A stretch of 64,000 nt of DNA, taken from contig OZ024744.1 of the NCBI GenBank assembly GCA_964016885.1, forward strand, positions 130,014,001 to 130,078,000, written 5' to 3'. Source of the DNA: Eledone cirrhosa (Eukaryota). The notes beneath the pieces were generated by a model, which was given only the letters and a program-made list of their open reading frames with translations, did no database searches and was not told where the DNA came from. Both the position numbers and the translations under genes were made by a program. Below, piece by piece: positions 26,101 to 37,710 of the stretch (its first letter is position 1; each line of letters opens with the position of its first letter).

Positions 26101-29100
26101 GTTAAGTTAAGTTGGGTCTACGTTAAGTTGGGGGTAAGTTAAGTTGGTGGTAAGTTAAGTTGGGGGATAGTTAAGATGGGGTTAAGTTAAGTTGGGGTTA
26201 ATTTAATTTGGGGTTAAGTTAAGTTAGGGTTAAGTTAAGTTGGGGTTGAGTTAAGTCGGGGTTCAGTTAAGTTGGGGTTATGTTATGTTGGGGTTAAGTT
26301 AAGTTGGGGTTAAGTTAAGTTGGGGTTCAATTAAGTTGCGGGTAATTTAAGTTGGGGTTAAGTTAAGTTGGGGGTACGTTAAGTTGGGGGTAAGTTAAGT
26401 TGGGGTTAAGTTAAGTTGGGGTTAAGTTAAGTCGGGGTTAATTTAAGTTGGGGTTAAGTTAAGTTGGGGTTAAGTTAAGTTGGGGTTAAGTTAAGTTGGG
26501 ATTAAGTTAAGTTGGGCTTAAGTTAAGTTGGGGTTGAGTTAAGTTGGGGTTAAGTTAGATTGTTGTTAAGTTATTTTGGGGTTAAGTTAAGTTGGGGTTA
26601 AGTTAAGTTGGGGTTAATTTGAGTTGGGGTTAAGTTAAGTGGGGGTTAAGTTGAGTTGGGGTTAAGTTAAGTTGGGGTGAAGTTAAGTTGGGGTTAAGTT
26701 AAGTTGGGGTTAAGATAAGTTGGGGTTAAGTTAAGTTGGGGTTGAGTTAAGTTCGGGTTGAGTTAATTTGGGGTTAACTTAAGTTGGGGTTAACTTAAGT
26801 TGGGATTAAGTTAAGTTGGGGTTAAGTTAAGTTGGGGTTAAATTAAGTTCGGGATAAGTTAAGTTGGGGTTAAGTTAAGTTGGGGTTAAGTTAAGTTGGG
26901 GATAAGTTAAGTTGGGGTTAAGTTAGGTTGGGGTTAAGTTATGTTGGGGGTAAGTTAAGTTGGGGGTAAGTTAAGTTGGGGGTAAGTTAAGTTGGGTCTA
27001 ATTAAGTTGGGGTTAAGTTAAGTTGGCGTTAAGTTAAGTTGGGGTTAAGTTACGTTGGGGTTAAGTTAAGTTGGGGTTAGGTTAAGTTGGGGCTAAGTTA
27101 AGTTGGGGTTAAGTTAAGTTGGGGTTACGTTAAGTTGGGGGTAAGTTAAGTTGGTGGTAAGTTAAGTTGGGGTTAAGTTAAGTTGGGGTTAAGTTAAGTT
27201 GGAGTTAAGTTAAGTTGGGGGTAAGTTAAGTTGGGGTTAAGTTAAGTTGGGGTTGAGTTAAGTTGGGGTTAAGTTAGATTGTTGTTAAGTTATTTTGGGG
27301 TTAAGTTAAGTTGGGGTTAAGTTAAGTTGGGGTTAATTTAAGTTGGGGTTAAGTTAAGTGGGGGTTAAGTTGAGTTGGGGTTAAGTTAAGTTAGGGTTAA
27401 GTTAAGTTGGGGTTAAGTTAAGTTGGGGTTAAGATAAGTTGGGGTTAAGTTAAGTTGGGGTTGAGTTAAGTTCGGGTTGAGTTAATTTGGTGTTAACTTA
27501 AGTTGGGGTTAAGTTAAGTTGGGATTAAGTTAATTGGGGTTAAGTTAAGTTGGGGTTAAATTAAGTTCGGGTTAAGTTAAGTTCGGGTTAAGTTAACTTG
27601 TGGTTAAGTTAAGTTGGGGTTAAGTTAAGTTGGGGTTAAGTTAGGTTGGGGTTAAGTTATGTTGGGGGTAAGTTAAGTTGGGGGTAAGTTAAGTTGGGGG
27701 TAAGTTAAGTTGGGTCTAATTAAGTTGGGGTTAAGTTAAGTTGGGGTTAAGTTAAGTTGGGGGTAAGATAAGTTGGGGTTAGTTAAGTTGCGGTTAAGTT
27801 AAGTTGGGGTTAAGTTAAGTTGGGGTTAAGTTAAGTTGGGGTAAAGTTAAGTTGGGGGTAAGTTAAGTTGGGGGTAAGTTAAGTTGGGGGTAAGTTAAGT
27901 TGGGGTTAATTTAAGTTAGGTCTAATTAAGTTGGGGTTAAATTAAGTTGGGGTTAAATTAAGTTGGGGTTAAGTTAAGTTGGGGTTAAGTTAAGTTGGGG
28001 TTAAGTTAAGTTGCGGTTAAGTTAAGTTGAGGTTAAGTTAAGTAGGGGTTAAATTATGTTGGGGTTAAGTTAAGTTCGGGTTAAGTTAAGTTGGGGTTAA
28101 GTTGAGTTGGGGATAAGTTAAGTTGGGGATAAGTTAAGTTGGGGTTAAGTTAAGTTGGGTTTAAGATAAGTTTGGGTTAAGTTAAGTTGGGGTTAAGTTA
28201 AGTTGGGGTTAAGTTAAGTTGGGGCTAAGTTAAGTTGGGGCTAAGTTAAGTTGGGGCTAAGTTAAGTTGGGGTTAAGTTAACTTTGGGTTATGTTAATTT
28301 GGGTTTGAGTTAAGTTGGGGTTAATTAAGTTGGGGTTAAGTTAAGTTGGGGTTAAGTTAAGTTGGGGTTAAGTTAAGTTGGGGTTAAGTTAAGTTGCGGT
28401 TAAGTTAAGTTGATGTTAAGTTAAGTTGATGTTAAGTTAAGTTGGGGTTAAGTTAAGTCGGGGTTAAGTTAAGGTGGGGTTAAGTTAAGTTGGGGTCAAC
28501 TAAAGTTGGGGTTAAGTTAAGTTGGGGTTAACTTAAGTTGGGGTTAAGTTAAGTTGGGGTTAAGTTGGGGTTAAATTAAGTTGGGGTTAAGTTAAGTTGG
28601 GGTTAAATTAAGTTCGGGTTAAGTTAAGTTCGGGTTAAGTTAACTTGGGGTTAAGTTAAGTTGGGGTTAAGTTAAGTTGGGGTTAAGTTAGGTTGGGGTT
28701 AAGTTATGTTGGGGGTAAGTTAAGTTGGGGGTAAGTTAAGTTGGGGGTAAGTTAAGTTGGGTCTAATTAAGTTGGGGTTAAGTTAAGTTGGGGTTAAGTT
28801 AAGTTGGGGTTAAGTTAAGTTGGGGTTAAGTTAAGTTGGGGTTAGGTTAAGTTGGGGCTAAGTTAAGTTGGGGTTAAGTTAAGTTGGGGTTACGTTAAGT
28901 TGGGGGTAAGTTAAGTTGGTGGTAAGTTAAGTTGGGGGTAAGTTAAGATGGGGTTAAGTTAAGTTGGGGTTAATTTAATTTGGGGTTAAGTTAAGTTGGG
29001 GTTAAGTTAAGTTGGGGTTAAGTTAAGTTGGAGTTAAGTTAAGTTGGGGGTAAGTTAAGCTGGGGTTAAGTTAAGTTGGGGTTAAGATAAGTTGGGGTTA

Positions 29101-30940
29101 AGTTAAGTTGGGGTTGAGCTAAGTTGGGGTTGAGTTAATTTGGGGTTAAGTTAAGTTGGGGTTAAGTTAAGTTGGGTTTAAGTTAAGTTGGGGTTAAGTT
29201 AAGTTGGGGTTAAATTAAGTTGGGGTTAAGCTAAGTTGGGGTTAAGTTAAATTGAGGTTAAGTTAAGTTGGGGTTAATTTAAGCTGGGGTTAAGCTAAGT
29301 TGGGGTTAAGTTAAATTGAGGTTAAGTTAAGTTGGGGTTAAGTTAAGTTGGGGATAATTTAAGTTGGGGCTAAGTAAAGTTGGGGCTAAGTTAAGTGGGG
29401 GTTAAGTTAAGTTAGGGTTGAGTTAAGTTGGGGTTAAGTTAACTTTGGGTTAAGTTAAGTTGGGTTTGAGTTAAGTTGGGGTTAATTAAGTTGGGGTTAA
29501 GTTAAGTTGGGGTTAAGTTAAGTTGCGGTTAAGTTAAGTTGAGGTTAAGTTAAGTTGGGGTTAAGTTAAGTTGGGGTTAAGTTAAGGTGGGGTTTAGTTA
29601 AGTTGGGGTCAACTAAAGTTGGGGCTAAGTTAAGTTGGGGTTCACTTAAGTTGGGGTTAAGTTAAGTTGGGGTTAAGTTAGATTGTTGTTAAGTTAAGTT
29701 GGGGTTAAGTTAAGTTGGGGTTAATTTAAGTTGGGGTTAATTTAAGTTGGGTCTAATTAAGTTGGGGTTAAGTTAAGTTGGGGTTAAGTTAAGTTGGGGT
29801 TAAGTTAAGTTGGGTCTACGTTAAGTTGGGGGTAAGTTAAGTTGGTGGTAAGTTAAGTTGGGGGATAGTTAAGATGGGGTTAAGTTAAGTTGGGGTTAAT
29901 TTAATTTGGGGTTAAGTTAAGTTAGGGTTAAGTTAAGTTGGGGTTGAGTTAAGTCGGGGTTCAGTTAAGTTGGGGTTATGTTATGTTGGGGTTAAGTTAA
30001 GTTGGGGTTAAGTTAAGTTGGGGTTCAATTAAGTTGCGGGTAATTTAAGTTGGGGTTAAGTTAAGTTGGGGGTACGTTAAGTTGGGGGTAAGTTAAGTTG
30101 GGGTTAAGTTAAGTTGGGGTTAAGTTAAGTCGGGGTTAATTTAAGTTGGGGTTAAGTTAAGTTGGGGTTAAGTTAAGTTGGGGTTAAGTTAAGTTGGGAT
30201 TAAGTTAAGTTGGGCTTAAGTTAAGTTGGGGTTGAGTTAAGTTGGGGTTAAGTTAGATTGTTGTTAAGTTATTTTGGGGTTAAGTTAAGTTGGGGTTAAG
30301 TTAAGTTGGGGTTAATTTGAGTTGGGGTTAAGTTAAGTGGGGGTTAAGTTGAGTTGGGGTTAAGTTAAGTTGGGGTGAAGTTAAGTTGGTGTTAAGTTAA
30401 GTTGGGGTTAAGATAAGTTGGGGTTAAGTTAAGTTGGGGTTGAGTTAAGTTCGGGTTGAGTTAATTTGGGGTTAACTTAAGTTGGGGTTAACTTAAGTTG
30501 GGATTAAGTTAAGTTGGGGTTAAGTTAAGTTGGGGTTAAATTAAGTTCGGGATAAGTTAAGTTGGGGTTAAGTTAAGTTGGGGTTAAGTTAAGTTGGGGA
30601 TAAGTTAAGTTGGGGTTAAGTTAGGTTGGGGTTAAGTTATGTTGGGGGTAAGTTAAGTTGGGGGTAAGTTAAGTTGGGGGTAAGTTAAGTTGGGTCTAAT
30701 TAAGTTGGGGTTAAGTTAAGTTGGGGTTAAGTTAAGTTGGGGTTAAGTTACGTTGGGGTTAAGTTAAGTTGGGGTTAGGTTAAGTTGGGGCTAAGTTAAG
30801 TTGGGGTTAAGTTAAGTTGGGGTTACGTTAAGTTGGGGGTAAGTTAAGTTGGTGGTAAGTTAAGTTGGGGTTAAGTTAAGTTGGGGTTAAGTTAAGTTGG
30901 AGTTAAGTTAAGTTGGGGGTAAGTTAAGTTGGGGTTAAGT
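23580..30940 (+). repeat. Tandem duplication of a ~3.7 kb unit (offset 3,666, then 3,698), junction near 27,245
   Basis: TTGAG before TTAGATTGTTG is at 23589/27255, TTGATG at 24746/28412, GGGCTTAAG at 26517/30215 and TTATGTTATG at 26281/29979. Confidence 0.85.
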
Positions 30941-33900
30941 TAAGTTGGGGTTAAGATAAGTTGGGGTTAAATTAAGTTGGGGTTAAGCTAAGTTGGGGTT
31001 AAGTTAAATTGAGGTTAAGTTAAGTTGGGGTTAATTTAAGTTGGGGTTAAGCTAAGTTGGGGTTAAGTTAAATTGAGGTTAAGTTAAGTTGGGGTTAAGT
31101 TAAGTTGGGGTTAATTTAAGTTGGGGCTAAGTAAAGTTGGGGCTAAGTTAAGTGGGGGTTAATTTAAGTTAGGGTTGAGTTAAGTTGGGGTTAAGTTAAC
31201 TTTGGGTTAAGTTAAGTTGGGTTTGAGTTAAGTTGGGGTTAATTAAGTTGGGGTTAAGTTAAGTTGGGGTTAAGTTAAGTTGGGGTTAAGTTAAGTTGGG
31301 GTTAAGTTAAGTTGCGGTTAAGTTAAGTTGAGGTTAAGTTAAGTTGGGGTTAAGTGAAGTTGCGGTTAAGTTAAGTTGGGGCTAAGTTAAGTTGGGGCTA
31401 AGTTAAGTTGGGGCTTAGTTAAGTTGGGGTTAAGTTAAGTTGGGGTTAAGTTAAGGTGGGGTTTAGTTAAGTTGGGGTCAACTAAAGTTGGGGTTAAGTT
31501 AAGTTGGGGTTCACTTAAGTTGGGGTTAAGTTAAGTTGGGGTTAAGTTAAGTTGGGGTTTATTTAAGTTGGGGTTCAGTTAATTTGGGGTTAAGTTAAGT
31601 TTGGGTTTAGTTGGGGTTAAATTAAGTTGGGGTTAAGTTAAGTTGGGGTTAAGTTACGTTGGGGTTAATTTAAGTTGGGGTTAAGTTAAGTTGCGGGTAA
31701 TTGAAGTTGGGGTTAAGTTAAGTTGGGGTTAAGTTAAGTTGGGGTTAAGTTAAGTTGGGGGTAAGTTAAGTTGGGGTTAAGTTAAGTTGGGGTTAAGTTA
31801 AGTTGGGGTTAAGTTAAGTTAGGGTTAAGTTAAGTTGGGGTTGAGTTAAGTTGGGGTTAAGTTAAGTTGGGGTTATGTTAAGTTGGGGTTAAGTTAAATT
31901 GGGGTTAATTTAACTTTGTGGTTAAGTTAAGTTGGGGTTAATTTAAGTTGGGGTTAAGTTAAGTTGGAGTTAAGTTAAGTTGGGGTTAAGTTAAGTTGGG
32001 GTTAATTTAAGTTGCGGTTAAGTTAAGTTGAGGTTAAGTTAAGTTGGGGTTAAGTTAAGTTGGGGTTAAGTTAAGTTGGGGCTAAGTTAAGTTGGGGCTA
32101 AGTTAAGTTGGGGCTTAGTTAAGTTGGGGTTAAGTTAAGTTGGGGTTAAGTTAAGGTGTGGTTTAGTTAAGTTGGGGTCAACTAAAGTTGGGGTTAAGTT
32201 AAGTTGGGGTTTATTTAAGTTGGGGTTCAGTTAATTTGGGGTTAAGTTAAGTTTGGGTTAAGTTGGGGTTAAGTTAAGTTGGGGTTAAATTAAGTTGGGT
32301 TTAAGTTAAGTTGGGGTTAAGTTAAGTTGGGGTTAAATTAAGTTGGGGTTAAGCTAAGTTGGGGTTAAGTTAAATTGAGGTTAAGTTAAGTTGGGGTTAA
32401 TTTAAGTTGGGGTTAAGCTAAGTTGGGGTTAAGTTAAATTGAGGTTAAGTTAAGTTGGGGTTAAGTTAAGTTGGGGTTAATTTAAGTTGGGGCTAAGTAA
32501 AGTTGGGGCTAAGTTAAGTGGGGGTTAATTTAAGTTCGGGTTGAGTTAAGTTGGGGTTAAGTTAACTTTGGGTTAAGTTAAGTTGGGTTTGAGTTAAGTT
32601 GGGGTTAATTAAGTTGGGGTTAAGTTAAGTTGGGGTTAAGTTAAGTTGGGGTTAAGTTAAGTTGGGGTTAAGTTAAGTTGGGGGTAAGTTAAGTTGGGGG
32701 TAAGTTAAGTTGGTGTTAAGTTAAGTTGGGGTTAAGTTAAGTTGGGGTTAAGTTAAGTTGGGTTTAAGTTACGTTGGGGCTGAGTTAAGTTAGGGCTAAG
32801 TTAAGTTGGAGTTAAGTAAAGTTAGGGCTAAGTTAAGTTGGGGTTAAGTTAAGTTGGGGTTAATTTAAGTTGGGGTTACATTAAGATGAGGTTAAGTTAA
32901 GTTGGTGTTAAGTTAAGTTGGGGTTAATTTAAGTTAAGTTGGGGTTAAGTTAAGTTGGGGTTAAGTTAAGTTGGGGTTAATTTCAGTTGGGGTTGAGTTA
33001 AGTTGGGGTTAAGTTAAGTTGGGGCTAAGTTAAGTTCGGGTTAAGTTAAGTTGGTGTTAAGTTAAGTTGGGGTTAAGTTAAGTTGGGGCTAAGTTAAGTT
33101 GGGTCTAAGTTAAGTTGGGGTTAAGTTAAGTTGGGGTTAAGTTAAGTTAGGGTTAATTTAAGTTGGGGTTATGTTAAGTTGGGGTTAAGTTAAGTTGGGG
33201 TTAAGTTAGGTTGGTGTTAAGTTAAGTTGGGGGTAAGTTAAGTTGGGGGTAAGTTAAGTTGGTGTTAAGTTAAGTTGGGGTCAAGTTAAGTTGGGGTTAA
33301 GTTAAGTTGGGTTTAAGTTAAGTTGGGGCTAAGTTAAGTTAGGGCTAAGTTAAGTTGGGGCTGAGTTAAGTTGGGGTTAAATTAAGTTGGGGTTAAGTTA
33401 AGTTGGGGGTAAGATAAGTTGGGGTTAGTTAAGTTGCGGTTAAGTTAAGTTGGGGTTAAGTTAAGTTGGGGTTAAGTTGATTTGGGGTAAAGTTAAGTTG
33501 GGGTTAAGTTAAGTTGGGGTTAATTTAAGTTGGGGTTAAGTTAAGTTGGGGTTAATTTAAGTTGGGGTTAATTTAAGTTGGGGTTAAGTTAAGTTGGGGT
33601 TAAGTTAAGTTGGGGTTAAGTTAAGTTGGGGGTAAGTTAAGTTGGGGTTAAGTTAAGTTGGGGTTAAGTTGGGGTTAAGTTAAGTTAGGGTTAACTTAAT
33701 TTGGGGTTAAGTTAAGTGGTGGTTATGTTAAGTGGTGGTTATGTTAACTTGGGGTTAAGTTAAGTTGGGGTTAAGTTAAATTGGGGTTAAGTTAAGTTGC
33801 GGTTAAGTTAAGTTGGGGTTAAGTTAAGTTGGGGTTAAGTTAGATTGTTGTTAAGTTAAGTTGGGGTTAAGTTAAGTTGGGGTTAATTTAAGTTGGGGTT

Positions 33901-34529
33901 AAGTTAAGTCGGGGTTAAGTTGAGTTGGAGTTAGGTTAAGTTGGGGTTAAGTTAAGTTGGGGTTAAGTTAAGTTGGGGTTAAGATAAGTTGGGGTTAAGT
34001 TAAGTTGGGGTTGAGTTAATTTGGGGTTAACTTAAGTTGGGGTTAACTTAAGTCGGGATTAAGTTAAGTGGGGGTTAAGTTAAGTTGGGGTTAAATTAAG
34101 TTCGGGTTAAGTTAAGTTGGGGTTAAGTTAAGTTGGGGTTAAGTTAGGTTGGGGTTAAGTTAAGTTGGGGGTAAGTTAAGTTGGGGGTAAGTTCAGTTGG
34201 GGTTAAGTTAAGTTGGGGTTGAGTTAAGTTGGGGCTAAGTTAAGTTAGGGTTATGTTAAGTTGGGGTTAATTTAAGTTGGGGTTAAGTTAAGTTGGGGTT
34301 CAATTAAGTTGCGGTTAATTTAAGTTGGGGTTAAGTTAAGTTGGGGTTAAGTTAAGTTGGGGTTAAGTTAAGTTGGGGTTAAGTTAAGTTGGGGTTAAGT
34401 TAAGTTGGGGTTAAGTTAAGTTGGGGTTAAGTTAAGTAGGGGTTAAGTTAAGTTGGGGTTAAGTTAAGTTGGGGTTAAGTTAAGTTGGGGTTAAGTTAAT
34501 TTGTGGTTAAGTTAAGTTGGGGTTAAGTT

Positions 34530-37500
34530 AAGTTGGGGTTAAGTTCAGTCGGGGTTAAGTTAAGTCGGGGTTAAGTTAAGTTGGGGTTGAGTTAAGTTGG
34601 GGTTAAGTTAAGTTGGGGTTAAGATAAGTTGGGGTTAAGTTAAGTTGGGGTTGAGTTAAGTTAGGGTTGAGTTAATTTGGGGTTAAGTTAAGTTGGAGTT
34701 AACTTAAGTTGGGTTTAAGTTAAGTTGGGGTTAAGTTAAGTTGGGGTTAAATTAAGTTGGGGTTAAGTTAAGTTGGGGGTAAGATAAGTTGGGGTTAGTT
34801 AAGTTGCGGTTAAGTTAAGTTGGGGTTAATTTAAGTTGGGGTTAAGTTAAGTTGGGGTAAAGTTAAGTTGGGGGTAAGTTAAGTTGGGGGTAAGTTAAGT
34901 TGGGGTTAATTTAAGTTAGGTCTAATTAAGTTGGGGTTAAGTTAAGTTGGGGTTAAATTAAGTTGGGGTTAAGTTAAGTTGGGGTTAAGTTAAGTTGGGG
35001 TTAAGTTAAGTTGGGGTTAATTTCAGTTGGGGTTGAGTTAAGTTGGGGTTAAGTTTAGTTGGGGTTAAGTTAAGTTGGGGTTGAGTTAAGTTGGGGTTAA
35101 GTTAAGTTGGGGCTAAGTTAAGTTCGGGTTAAGTTAAGTTGGTGTTAAGTTAAGTTGGGGTTAAGTTAAGTTGGGGCTAAGTTAAGTTGGGTCTAAGTTA
35201 AGTTGGGGTTAAGTTAAGTTGGGGTTAAGTTAAGTTAGGGTTAATTTAAGTTGGGGTTATGTTAAGTTGGGGTTAAGTTAAGTTGGGGTAAAGTTAGGTT
35301 GGTGTTAAGTTAAGTTGGGGGTAAGTTAAGTTGGGGGTAAGTTAAGTTGGTGTTAAGTTAAGTTGGGGTCAAGTTAAGTTGGGGTTAAGTTAAGTTGGCT
35401 TTAAGTTAAGTTGGGGCTAAGTTAAGTTAGGGCTAAGTTAAGTTGGGGCTGAGTTAAGTTGGGGTTAAATTAAGTTGGGGTTAATTTAAGTTGGGGGTAA
35501 GATAAGTTGGGGTTAGTTAAGTTGCGGTTAAGTTAAGTTGGGGTTAAGTTAAGTTGGGGTTAAGTTGATTTGGGGTAAAGTTAAGTTGGGGTTAAGTTAA
35601 GTTGGGGTTAATTTAAGTTGGGGTTAAGTTAAGTTGGGGTTAATTTAAGTTGGGGTTAATTTAAGTTGGGGTTAAGTTAAGTTGGGGTTAAGTTAAGTTG
35701 GGGTTAAGTTAAGTTGGGGGTAAGTTAAGTTGGGGTTAAGTTAAGTTGGGGTTAAGTTGGGGTTAAGTTAAGTTAGGGTTAACTTAAATTGGGGTTAAGT
35801 TAAGTGGTGGTTATTTTAAGTGGTGGTTATGTTAACTTGGGGTTAAGTTAAGTTGGGGTTAAGTTAAATTGGGGTTAAGTTAAGTTGCGGTTAAGTTAAG
35901 TTGGGGTTAAGTTAAGTTGGGGTTAAGTTAATTAGGGTTAAGTTAAGTTGGGGTTAAGTTAAGTTGGGGTTAAGTTAAGTTGAGGTTAAGTTAAGTTGGC
36001 GTTAAGTTAAGTTGGGGTGAAGTTAAGTTGGGATTAAGTTAAGTTGGGGTTAAGTTAAGTTGGGGTTAAGTTAAGTTGGGGTTAAGTTAGATTGTTGTTA
36101 AGTTAAGTTGGGGTTAAGTTAAGTTGGGGTTAAGTTCAGTCGGGGTTAAGTTAAGTCGGGGTTAAGTTAAGTTGGGGTTGAGTTAAGTTGGGGTTAAGTT
36201 AAGTTGGGGTTAAGATAAGTTGGGGTTAAGTTAAGTTGGGGTTGAGTTAAGTTAGGGTTGAGTTAATTTGGGGTTAAGTTAAGTTGGAGTTAACTTAAGT
36301 TGGGTTTAAGTTAAGTTGGGGTTAAGTTAAGTTGGGGTTAAATTAAGTTGGGGTTAAGTTAAGTTGGGGGTAAGATAAGTTGGGGTTAGTTAAGTTGCGG
36401 TTAAGTTAAGTTGGGGTTAATTTAAGTTGGGGTTAAGTTAAGTTGGGGTAAAGTTAAGTTGGGGGTAAGTTAAGTTGGGGGTAAGTTAAGTTGGGGTTAA
36501 TTTAAGTTAGGTCTAATTAAGTTGGGGTTAAGTTAAGTTGGGGTTAAATTAAGTTGGGGTTAAGTTAAGTTGGGGTTAAGTTAAGTTGGGGTTAAGTTAA
36601 GTTGGGGTTAATTTCAGTTGGGGTTGAGTTAAGTTGGGGTTAAGTTTAGTTGGGGTTAAGTTAAGTTGGGGTTGAGTTAAGTTGGGGTTAAGTTAAGTTG
36701 GGGCTAAGTTAAGTTCGGGTTAAGTTAAGTTGGTGTTAAGTTAAGTTGGGGTTAAGTTAAGTTGGGGCTAAGTTAAGTTGGGTCTAAGTTAAGTTGGGGT
36801 TAAGTTAAGTTGGGGTTAAGTTAAGTTAGGGTTAATTTAAGTTGGGGTTATGTTAAGTTGGGGTTAAGTTAAGTTGGGGTTAAGTTAGGTTGGTGTTAAG
36901 TTAAGTCGGGGGTAAGTTAAGTTGGGGGTAAGTTAAGTTGGTGTTAAGTTAAGTTGGGGTCAAGTTAAGTTGGGGTTAAGTTAAGTTGGGTTTAAGTTAA
37001 GTTGGGGCTAAGTTAAGTTAGGGCTAAGTTAAGTTGGGGCTGAGTTAAGTTGGGGTTAAATTAAGTTGGGGTTAAGTTAAGTTGGGGGTAAGATAAGTTG
37101 GGGTTAGTTAAGTTGCGGTTAAGTTAAGTTGGGGTTAAGTTAAGTTGGGGTTAAGTTGATTTGGGGTAAAGTTAAGTTGGGGTTAAGTTAAGTTGGGGTT
37201 AATTTAAGTTGGGGTTAAGTTAAGTTGGGGTTAATTTAAGTTGGGGTTAATTTAAGTTGGGGTTAAGTTAAGTTGGGGTTAAGTTAAGTTGGGGTTAAGT
37301 TAAGTTGGGGGTAAGTTAAGTTGGGGTTAAGTTAAGTTGGGGTTAAGTTGGGGTTAAGTTAAGTTAGGGTTAACTTAAATTGGGGTTAAGTTAAGTGGTG
37401 GTTATTTTAAGTGGTGGTTATGTTAACTTGGGGTTAAGTTAAGTTGGGGTTAAGTTAAATTGGGGTTAAGTTAAGTTGCGGTTAAGTTAAGTTGGGGTTA

Positions 37501-37710
37501 AGTTAAGTTGGGGTTAAGTTAATTAGGGTTAAGTTAAGTTGGGGTTAAGTTAAGTTGGGGTTAAGTTAAGTTGCGGTTAAGTTAAGTTGGCGTTAAGTTA
37601 AGTTGGGGTGAAGTTAAGTTGGGATTAAGTTAAGTTGGGGTTAAGTTAAGTTGGGGTTAAGTTAAGTTGGGGTTAAGTTAGATTGTTGTTAAGTTAAGTT
37701 GGGGTTAAGT
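34530..37710 (+). repeat. 1,591-bp tandem duplication within domain B
   Basis: TTCAGTCGGGG is at 34546/36137 and TTTCAG at 35024/36615 (both offset 1591). Confidence 0.83.

Larger units (their letters stand above)
1..30950 (+). repeat. HOR domain A: ~3.6-3.8 kb higher-order repeat (~225-237 monomers), with truncated and rearranged copies
   Basis: The marker TTAGATTGTTG in the same context occurs at 151, 3927, 9877, 13663, 17439, 19382 and 22969 (full-unit spacings 3776, 3786, 3776, 3587). The doublet TTGATG..TTGATG occurs at 2118, 5704, 8041, 11827, 15630, 21160, 24746 and 28412. Confidence 0.9.
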
